Source: an uncultured Deinococcales bacterium
Lineage (GTDB): Bacteria; Deinococcota; Deinococci; Deinococcales; JAAFIG01
NCBI GenBank assembly: GCA_964247135.1
Contig: CAXTTL010000043.1
Span: 1 to 26,114 of the forward strand
Direction: 5' to 3'
Length of the DNA stretch: 26,114 bases
Below are positions 19,277 through 26,114 of the stretch, piece after piece. A program made the translations under genes and the position numbers. The first letter of the stretch is position 1, and each line of letters opens with the position of its first letter. The notes beneath the pieces are model-generated. The model saw nothing but the letters and a program-made list of their open reading frames with translations, was not told the origin of the DNA and made no database searches.

Positions 19277-21012
19277 GCCGCCACCTCCTCTTGCTCGGCG
19301 GCGCGTTGCGAGAGCACGATTTCTTGATAGGTCGTACAGCTTTTCAAGAGTTCACCGTGCGTGCCCTGACCGACCACCTTGCCCGCCTCGAGCACCACAA
19401 TATGCTCGGCATCGACAATGGTGGACACGCGCTGCGCCACCACGATCACCACCGCATCTCGAGTCACAGGTTTTAAGGCGCTGCGCAACCTCGCGTCGGT
19501 GGAGAGATCAAGCGCTGAGAACGCGTCGTCGAACAAATAAACCTCGGGTTTGCGCACCACGGCTCGAGCGATGGCGAGGCGTTGGCGTTGACCGCCTGAA
19601 ACGTTCGAGCCGCCCTGCGAGATGCTCGAGTCCAGACCACCCATTTCGGTCACAAAATCCTTGGCTTGGGCAATCGCTAGTGCGTCCCAGAGTTCGGTAT
19701 CCGTGGCGTCGGGCTTGCCGTAACGCAGGTTGCTGGCAACCGTCCCAGAGAACAAAAACGGTTTTTGCGGAATCAAACCAATTCGCGCCCAGAGCGTCTC
19801 GAGTTCGATGTCGCGCACGTCAACGTTGCCAAAACGCACCGAACCGCTCGAGGCGTCAAACAGGCGCGGGATCAGGTTGATCAAGCTCGTTTTGCCCGCG
19901 CCGGTGCTGCCGATGATCGCGGTGGTCTGCCCAGGTTTTGCGGTCAGCGAAATGTGTTGCAAGACCGCAATTTCGGCACCAGGGTACTGGAACGAGACAT
20001 CGCGCAACTCGAGGCTGGCAGATGCGGGAAGTTTGAGGATTGGATTGCTCGACGGAATGACTGAAGATTCGGTATCGAGCACCTCCGCGATGCGCTCTGC
20101 CGAAACCGAGGCTCGAGGAATCATCATGGACATGAAGGTCGCCATCATGACCGCGATGAGAATTTGCATCAGGTACGCCATGAACGCCGTGAGCGCCCCA
20201 ACCTGCATTTGCCCCGATTCGACTCGAGCCGCGCCAAACCACAAGACCGCCACGGTTGAGGCATTTAGAATGATCGTGACAATCGGGAAAATCATGGCTT
20301 GCAACCTTCCAACCGCCAATGCCGTACCGGTCAAGGTCGCGTTGGCATCGGCAAAGCGTGCGGTTTCAAAATCTTCGCGCACGAACGCCCGAACCACACG
20401 AATGCCCGTGATCTGCTCGCGCAAGACGCGGTTCACGCCGTCGATGGCATTTTGCATGATCCTGAATTGCGGCAACATGCGTTGAATCACCAAGCCGACC
20501 GCGATAATCAAAATCGGTACGGACACGCCGACCAACCACGACATCGAAACGTCTTGGCGCAGTGCCATGATGATGCCGCCGACCATCGAAATTGGCGCGG
20601 AAACCATCAGCGCCAGCGCCATGAACATCAAGGTTTGAACTTGTGTGACATCGTTGGTGCTGCGCGAAATCAAGGTGGGCGCACCAAATTTGGTGACCTC
20701 TCGAGCCGAGAACGTGCCGACGTGATGGTAAATTGCAGCCCGTAAATCGCGTCCGAGACTCATCGACGCTCGAGCGCTGAGGTAAACCGCCGCAATGGTC
20801 GCGGCGATTTGCAGCAAGGTCACCAGCAACATCCAAGCGCCAGTTTGCAAAATATAATTGGTGTCGCCTTTGGACACGCCATTGTCGATGATGTCGGCGT
20901 TCAGGGTCGGCAGGTACAAAGCGGCAATCGTGGCAACCAATTGCAGCCCCACCACCCCTGCCAGTCCGACCCTGTACGGCACCGAAAACTGCCTGAGCAA
21001 GCGTAAAAGCAT
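19273..21012 (-). CDS. ABC exporter fused TMD-NBD subunit with degenerate site (TM287-like), heterodimer partner
   Basis: GSTGAGKT and VSGGQRQR. Walker B reads FDDAFSALD (E to D) and the switch reads AQR (H to Q). 4-nt overlap with its partner. Confidence 0.95.
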   Translation of the reverse strand: MLLRLLRQFSVPYRVGLAGVVGLQLVATIAALYLPTLNADIIDNGVSKGDTNYILQTGAWMLLVTLLQIAATIAAVYLSARASMSLGRDLRAAIYHHVGTFSAREVTKFGAPTLISRSTNDVTQVQTLMFMALALMVSAPISMVGGIIMALRQDVSMSWLVGVSVPILIIAVGLVIQRMLPQFRIMQNAIDGVNRVLREQITGIRVVRAFVREDFETARFADANATLTGTALAVGRLQAMIFPIVTIILNASTVAVLWFGAARVESGQMQVGALTAFMAYLMQILIAVMMATFMSMMIPRASVSAERIAEVLDTESSVIPSSNPILKLPASASLELRDVSFQYPGAEIAVLQHISLTAKPGQTTAIIGSTGAGKTSLINLIPRLFDASSGSVRFGNVDVRDIELETLWARIGLIPQKPFLFSGTVASNLRYGKPDATDTELWDALAIAQAKDFVTEMGGLDSSISQGGSNVSGGQRQRLAIARAVVRKPEVYLFDDAFSALDLSTDARLRSALKPVTRDAVVIVVAQRVSTIVDAEHIVVLEAGKVVGQGTHGELLKSCTTYQEIVLSQRAAEQEEVAA

Positions 21013-21139
21013 AAATGTCCTTTCAAGACTCGAGTTGAATGACCGAGTTCCGCAAACGGTAGCATATCAAAGTTTGTGTGAATGTCTGATGCGCCATTTG
21101 ACTGATCTGGCTCGAGAAAATGTTGCGTAAACTAAAACC

Positions 21140-21667
21140 ATGCCACAGTTTGAAATGACCAGCCGTGACGTGCTCGAGTTTTTAGCACTGACCCAAGCGC
21201 ACGGTATTGAAATTTGGATTGATGGCGGTTGGAGTGTAGATGCGCTCTTGCAACGTCAAACCCGAGTTCACAGCGACCTGGACATTGCCCTTTATCACCA
21301 AGACGTTCCCAAACTCCGCGCACTGCTCGAGGCTCGAGGGTTTAAAGACGTGCCCAGGGACGACACCAGAGATTGCAATTTTGTGCTGGGAGATGACTTT
21401 GGGCATCAAATTGATTTTCATTCGTTTGTGTTTGACGCCGAAGACAAGATTATTTTTGGTGTCCCGTATCCTCGAGAATCGCTCACGGGAATAGGTTCAA
21501 TCAATGGTTTTCAGGTGAAATGTATTTCGCCTGAATGGTTGGTGAAATTTCACACGGGTTACGAGGTAGACATTGACGATTACCGCGACGTGCTGGCGTT
21601 GTGTGAACATTTTGGGTTTGAATTGCCGCTCGAGTTTGAAAAGTTTAAGCAAAAAATCTTGAAATAA
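21140..21667 (+). CDS. Lincosamide nucleotidyltransferase / aminoglycoside-2''-adenylyltransferase-like protein
   Basis: WIDGGWSVDALL..QTR.HSDLD, IDFH, and CISPEWLVKFHTGYE.D..DYRDV.AL. Confidence 0.85.
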   Translation: MPQFEMTSRDVLEFLALTQAHGIEIWIDGGWSVDALLQRQTRVHSDLDIALYHQDVPKLRALLEARGFKDVPRDDTRDCNFVLGDDFGHQIDFHSFVFDAEDKIIFGVPYPRESLTGIGSINGFQVKCISPEWLVKFHTGYEVDIDDYRDVLALCEHFGFELPLEFEKFKQKILK

Positions 21668-21681
21668 ACTCGAGTTTATTT
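21662..21681. repeat. Perfect 20-bp palindrome spanning two convergent stop codons
   Basis: AAATAAACTCGAGTTTATTT. Confidence 0.95.
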
Positions 21682-22395
21682 GCAACCTGGTGTTGCCATT
21701 GTTTTTGCATTTTCAATTGCTTTTTTAAGACTTGGCACATGGAACTCGGCTCGTTCCGCGTCTGTGGTTTGTGTGTCAACCACGTACAAACGGGTGCAAT
21801 CGTTTTTCCAACTGCTGTATTGTGTGCCAAACTTTTGTGCTTTGCGCGAGTACATGAGCGCTCGGTCAAGGGTAAGTGCATATAAATTGCGTGGGTCAAA
21901 GTTTTTTGATTTTACTTGGTTTTTGTCTTCGATTCCCATTGCGATAGACGCCAATTCGTTCGCCAGCATGAAATGCTGGACACAATCGCCATGCTGAAAA
22001 ACCAGAGCGATGTTTAGAAAATCCTCAACTGTTACAGCTTGGGCAATCAGGGGCAATAACTTCTGACGACGAATTTGATCGCCGTGTATCCCATCAGGGT
22101 CTGGTTTGCCACGGCGTGGCACTTGGTCTTGTTCTGCAATGATCGCAAGCTGCTTTGACAATGCTGGATTTGGTTTTTGGCTCGAGACATCTGATGGAAT
22201 CATTAAGCCTTTTAAAGACGGCAAACAACTGCCACCACGAGAAACATTTGTTGGGAAATCCATCATCGTTTTTGGGATTGGATTTGGCTTGATGGTATCT
22301 GGTAAAGATGCGGCTTTGAAAGCCTCGAGCACTGGACCAGTTTGCGCCAGAACAGAACCCAGGAATATCAAAACCAAAATCAAAGTTCGAGTCAT
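21676..22395 (-). CDS. Secreted protein of unknown function, DUF6624-like
   Basis: Signal peptide MTRTLILVLIFLGSVLAQ. Motifs QDQ..R, LVFQHG and YALTLDRAL...AQKFGTQY. TATGCT lies 7 nt upstream of ATG 22395. Confidence 0.75.
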   Translation of the reverse strand: MTRTLILVLIFLGSVLAQTGPVLEAFKAASLPDTIKPNPIPKTMMDFPTNVSRGGSCLPSLKGLMIPSDVSSQKPNPALSKQLAIIAEQDQVPRRGKPDPDGIHGDQIRRQKLLPLIAQAVTVEDFLNIALVFQHGDCVQHFMLANELASIAMGIEDKNQVKSKNFDPRNLYALTLDRALMYSRKAQKFGTQYSSWKNDCTRLYVVDTQTTDAERAEFHVPSLKKAIENAKTMATPGCK

Positions 22396-22459
22396 GTTGA
22401 AAAGCATACTCAAGAAATTCTCGAGAATCGTGAATCTTCTAGAAATTCCAGCTTGAGCC

Positions 22460-23143
22460 TCAAAGCCGTACACCAAAGGTTTTTTGCAAGCCCACACGCC
22501 CTGTTTCAGTCATGCGCAAAGCCCGAGCATTTGGCAACCTGACCAACCATTTTAACTCGAGCATTTTGCTGGTGATGGCGCGTCCCAACGCGCCGCCAAG
22601 GTGATGTTTGCGTTCCGTCCAATCCAAACAGGCTTTGGCGAAATGTCGTTGAAGTGCCAGTGTCTCGAGGTCAAGTCCAAAAGCTTCAAAGGTCTTCCAG
22701 CCCGTGGGCGTCAGGTTGAATTGCAAACCATCTTGCTCGAGGCAACCCGATTTTTTTAAAGCTTGCACGAATTCCACACCCAACCATCCTGCCAAATGGT
22801 CGTAACAGGTTCGGGCAAAGCACAAGTCGGTGTCGCTCGAGTTTCGTTTTCTGGGTTGCGGGGCAATCACCATCAACGCCTCGAGCGCTGCCGCAACTTC
22901 CAAACTCGAGAGTCGGTAATACCGATGCCGCCCGTGCGATTCGACGCTCAACAATTTCCCCTCGAGCAACTTTTGCAAATGCGTGCTGGCGGTCTGAGGG
23001 CTGACGCCAGCCAGTTCTGCCAATTCGCCTGCGGGAAGCGCCAGACCGTCCATCAGGGCGCAGAGCATCGCGGCTCGAGCGGGTTCGCCCATGAGCGCCG
23101 CGACGCTGGACAGGTCGGTTTCAAGCTGTGACTCGAGGATCAT
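22460..23143 (-). CDS. ArsR/SmtB-family regulator, long form with C-terminal RTCYDHLAG domain
   Basis: PARAAML.ALMDG..AGELA..AGVSPQTASTHL, GRHRYYRL, ARTCYDHLAG and CLDWTERKHHLGG. Confidence 0.93.
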   Translation of the reverse strand: MILESQLETDLSSVAALMGEPARAAMLCALMDGLALPAGELAELAGVSPQTASTHLQKLLEGKLLSVESHGRHRYYRLSSLEVAAALEALMVIAPQPRKRNSSDTDLCFARTCYDHLAGWLGVEFVQALKKSGCLEQDGLQFNLTPTGWKTFEAFGLDLETLALQRHFAKACLDWTERKHHLGGALGRAITSKMLELKWLVRLPNARALRMTETGRVGLQKTFGVRL

Positions 23144-23171
23144 GATTTCAGTTTAAAGCCAGTGGTTTGAA

Positions 23172-23197
23172 AATGATTCGACGCGCATCGAAACATT
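23172..23197. promoter_or_regulatory. Candidate operator (inverted repeat) for the ArsR regulator
   Basis: AATGaTTCGA-CGCGCA-TCGAAaCATT overlaps the expected -35 zone of the regulator's own promoter (-10 TAAACT at 23150-23155, minus strand). Confidence 0.65.
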
Positions 23198-23208
23198 GCT
23201 TGTTGGCT

Positions 23209-23247
23209 TGTGGATAAGCTCGAGCTTGTGGATAACCCTGTGGATAA
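23209..23247 (-). promoter_or_regulatory. Cluster of three perfect DnaA boxes (TTATCCACA)
   Basis: TGTGGATAA at 23209-23217, 23227-23235 and 23239-23247, all in the same orientation and intergenic. Confidence 0.85.
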
Positions 23248-23308
23248 ATCAAGCGTCAACCGAAACAATGACCATTTGCGTAGACTGAGCTTGCACTGGG
23301 GGGTCAAG

Positions 23309-24469
23309 ATGTCAACCTCAACTCGAGCTTTTCTGACGGCACTCGGTTTGGCATTCGGTCCGACGGTCGCCTTGGGCTTTGCGCGTTTTGCTTACGCGCT
23401 GCTGCTTCCCGCCATGCGTGCCGAGTTGCACTGGACGTACTCCTTGTCTGGCGGTATCAACACCGCCAACGCTTTGGGATATTTGATCGGCGCACTGCTC
23501 GCCACGCCAATCATGCGAATGGTCGGCACGAAACTCGCGTTTATTGCCGCCTTGTTCGTGACCGCGCTGGCACTGATTGGGCTTGGTGCAAATGACACGT
23601 ATGCTTGGCTGATCGTGGCTCGAGGTTTGGCGGGAGTGGGCGGCGCCATCATTTTTATTGCCGGCGGCGCACTGACCGCCCATGCCGCCTCGAGCGCCCC
23701 GCCCAGGTTGGCTGGCATCATGCTGACCACGTATTACGCTGGCGCTGGCTTCGGGATTTTCTTATCGGGCATCAGCTTGCCGTTCGCGCTGGCAGCCAAC
23801 ACCAACTGGCGTACCTTGTGGGTCATTCTGGGACTGGCGAGTTTTGTGGTCAGCCTGATCTCGAGTCAAACCGCCTGGGGCTTAAAAACGCATCAGACGC
23901 AAACCAATACGGCTGGAACGTGGTCGGCTCGAGGTTTGATCTTGCCGCTGCTGGCGTATGCCTGTTTTGCCCTCGGCTACATCGCCTACATGACTTTTTC
24001 GGTGGCGTTCATCAAGGCAAACGGGGCGACCACGCTGCAAATTGCGGTTTTCTGGGCGACCCTCGGGTTGGCTGCCATGCTCGCCCCGAGGGTGTGGAGC
24101 GTCCCGATCACCCGTTGGCGCGGCGCTCGAGGGATGGCGGCTGCCATGACCAGCTTGGCGCTCGGGGCAGTTTTGCCGCTCGTCTCGAGTCAATTTGCGT
24201 TGATGCTGGTTTCGGCGGTGTTGTTCGGCGGGTCGTTCTTGTCGGTGGTGGCTTCCACAACCGCGCTTGCACGCCGTGACCTTCACTCGAGCGCCTGGAA
24301 TGCGGGCATTGCCTTGTTTACCACTGTCTTCGCGGCGGGACAAAGTTTTGGACCACTGATTTCTGGGGCGCTCAGCGACGGTGCAGGGGGGTTACGCGCA
24401 GGTTTGGCATGGTCGGCAGGCGTGCTGGCGTTGGGTGCGCTGATCGCGTTTTTACAACCTGCAACATAG
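23309..24469 (+). CDS. MFS transporter, YbfB/YjiJ-like
   Basis: LGFARFAYALLLPAMR..L.W, NTANALGYLIGA, GYIAYMTF and GQSFGP, with about 12 hydrophobic segments. ATG 23309 follows GGGGG, with -10-like TAGACT at 23281. Confidence 0.92.
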   Translation: MSTSTRAFLTALGLAFGPTVALGFARFAYALLLPAMRAELHWTYSLSGGINTANALGYLIGALLATPIMRMVGTKLAFIAALFVTALALIGLGANDTYAWLIVARGLAGVGGAIIFIAGGALTAHAASSAPPRLAGIMLTTYYAGAGFGIFLSGISLPFALAANTNWRTLWVILGLASFVVSLISSQTAWGLKTHQTQTNTAGTWSARGLILPLLAYACFALGYIAYMTFSVAFIKANGATTLQIAVFWATLGLAAMLAPRVWSVPITRWRGARGMAAAMTSLALGAVLPLVSSQFALMLVSAVLFGGSFLSVVASTTALARRDLHSSAWNAGIALFTTVFAAGQSFGPLISGALSDGAGGLRAGLAWSAGVLALGALIAFLQPAT

Positions 24470-24594
24470 GCAATCCCACGCCAATACGTGCTATCGTGCC
24501 TCGAGTGACTTTAACCTATCGAGCGTTGGACGAGCCTTGAGAACAGTATTTTTCGGCTCGAGACAGCACAGGTCACAAAATACAGGAGAACATC

Positions 24595-25479
24595 ATGCGG
24601 GTTTTTGTGACTGGCGCAAGCGGCTTTATCGGCTCTGGGGTTGTTCAGGAGCTTCTTCGGGCGGGTCATCAAGTCACTGGGCTGGCGCGGTCTGATGCGA
24701 GTGCCAAGGCGCTGCGTGCGGCAGGCGCTCAAGTCCAATTGGGTTCGCTTGAGGACTTGGAAGGTTTACGAGGCGGCGCATCCACCGCAGATGGTGTGAT
24801 TCACTTGGCATTCAATCATGATTTCTCAAAAATTCTTTCGTCGGTTCGAGAAGATCAACGCGCCATCGAAGCCCTCGGTTCTGGACTGGCAGGATCAAAC
24901 CGTCCCTTGGTGGTTGCGGCTGGGATTCTTGGACTCAAACCAGGTCGTCTGCTCAGCGAGAACGATACCGCTCGAGCGCTTCGCAAGTCGGAGCAGACCG
25001 CACTTGGATTGGTCTCCAAGGGTGTCAACGCCTCGGTGGTACGCCTGCCTCCAACCGTACATGGTGAGGGCGATAAGGGTTTTATGGCGTTGCTCGTTGC
25101 CACCGCACGAAAAAAGAAGGTTTCGGGATACCTGGGAAACGGCTCAAATCGGTGGTCATCGGTTCACCGACTCGATGCCGCCCAACTGTTCAGGTTGGCG
25201 CTCGAGAAGGCTCAACCATCTGCCAAATACAATTGCATTGCTGACGAGGGTGTGCCTTTTAAAGACATTGCCAATGTTATTGGGCAGCGCTTGAAGATAC
25301 CCGTGGTCAGCAAACCTCGTTTGCTGGCAATGCCCCATTTTGGTTGGCTTGGTTTACTGGTTGGAATGGACTGCCCCGCCTCGAGCCAGCAAACCCGAGA
25401 ATTGCTGAAATGGCAGCCGCAGCAACTTGGGTTGATTGCAGACCTCGAGCAAGGGCATTACTTTGACCAGCCAACATAA
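24595..25479 (+). CDS. Atypical SDR / NAD-dependent epimerase-dehydratase family oxidoreductase
   Basis: CAGGAG SD. MRVFVTGASGFIGS, DGVIHLAFNHDF, VVRLPPTVHG and VHRLDAA. Confidence 0.93.
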   Translation: MRVFVTGASGFIGSGVVQELLRAGHQVTGLARSDASAKALRAAGAQVQLGSLEDLEGLRGGASTADGVIHLAFNHDFSKILSSVREDQRAIEALGSGLAGSNRPLVVAAGILGLKPGRLLSENDTARALRKSEQTALGLVSKGVNASVVRLPPTVHGEGDKGFMALLVATARKKKVSGYLGNGSNRWSSVHRLDAAQLFRLALEKAQPSAKYNCIADEGVPFKDIANVIGQRLKIPVVSKPRLLAMPHFGWLGLLVGMDCPASSQQTRELLKWQPQQLGLIADLEQGHYFDQPT

Positions 25480-25480
25480 G

Positions 25481-26113
25481 TCATTCCAAACTTTCAACTT
25501 TTGTCCGTAACGCCGCGACTTGCTCGAGCAAATGTCTGGAATCGTTCTGGCTTTTCTCGAGCCTTTCGGTCTCAGAGCGAATAAACCGAGTGTACGGTCC
25601 ACTGGCTTCAAGCAACCTGGCGGTGGCACGTTCGGACTCGAGTTTGTGCTCGCGGGTTAAAACCTCGTGCAGCCTGTCGCGCAAGGTATTGATGCGCGTC
25701 TCGAGGTCGGCTTTGGCTTGGGCGCGTTTGCGGGGCAGAATGAACAAGCCCATGCCTGCCGCCGCCAGCCCCAACAGAATGCCTGTGAAATCAAGCAGGA
25801 AGCCTCCTAACACCGTTACGAGCACCGCGCCGAGTCCAATACCCCCAGCCCCGAACGCGCCCGATTGCAGGACGGCACTTTGGGCTTCGTTGGCAAGGCG
25901 TTTGCTGAACTCCTCGCGGTTGAAGCCTTCAACCTCGTTTTGCACCGAAGTTCCCAAACCCTCGAGTAAGGCTTTGCGGTCGTAATCAAATTTTGCACCG
26001 CGCAACAAGGCTTCTCGGGTGTCGCCATCTTTGGTTTCAGTGCTGGCTCGAGCGCTTAAAAACGCCATCGTTTCATCCCAGAATTTGTGGTTTCTTGCCA
26101 AAAAACGGTCGAT
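25481..26113 (-). CDS. C-terminal part of a probable bacterial dynamin-like protein; 5' end lies outside the window
   Basis: Frame is open to the window edge. A helical region flanks a Gly-rich hydrophobic hairpin ending DFTG...GLFILPRKR..AK. The GTPase domain is not visible. Confidence 0.6.
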   Translation of the reverse strand: MDRFLARNHKFWDETMAFLSARASTETKDGDTREALLRGAKFDYDRKALLEGLGTSVQNEVEGFNREEFSKRLANEAQSAVLQSGAFGAGGIGLGAVLVTVLGGFLLDFTGILLGLAAAGMGLFILPRKRAQAKADLETRINTLRDRLHEVLTREHKLESERATARLLEASGPYTRFIRSETERLEKSQNDSRHLLEQVAALRTKVESLE

Positions 26114-26114
26114 G

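Noticed and set aside
23150-23300. DnaA-box cluster as oriC
   Set aside because: Only three boxes in a short gap, with no evident AT-rich unwinding element and no replication genes nearby. Retained as a non-origin cluster.

Overview
Gene-dense bacterial chromosomal window of moderate GC, most likely from a Deinococcota (Deinococcales-like) organism. This is inferred from the leaderless TANNNT-N6/7-ATG gene starts, the non-lipoprotein solute-binding proteins and the CTCGAG excess. About 23 CDSs are present. They comprise a sugar SBP followed by a TolB-like propeller, aldo/keto reductase, tandem VOC and truncated ChrB-domain run; a DeoR regulator plus an orphan sugar ABC ATPase divergent from an RbsACB-like operon; a Rieske oxygenase with a polar amino-acid ABC transporter; an xisH-xisI pair; a heterodimeric ABC exporter; an Lnu/ANT(2'')-like nucleotidyltransferase; a secreted protein; an ArsR regulator; an MFS; an SDR; and the end of a dynamin-like gene. 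The strongest unexplained signal is the palindrome CTCGAG, with about 143 copies by hand count against about 7 expected. It occurs in all reading frames, sits within 0-2 nt of six stop codons, centres a 20-bp palindrome joining two convergent genes, and brackets but is absent from xisHI, so it behaves like a HIP1-type iterated palindrome. Other signals are three perfect DnaA boxes away from any origin genes, a structured intercistronic element with a strong-SD small ORF, 10-bp-phased operator repeats and REP-like hairpins. No rRNA, tRNA, CRISPR or transposase was seen.
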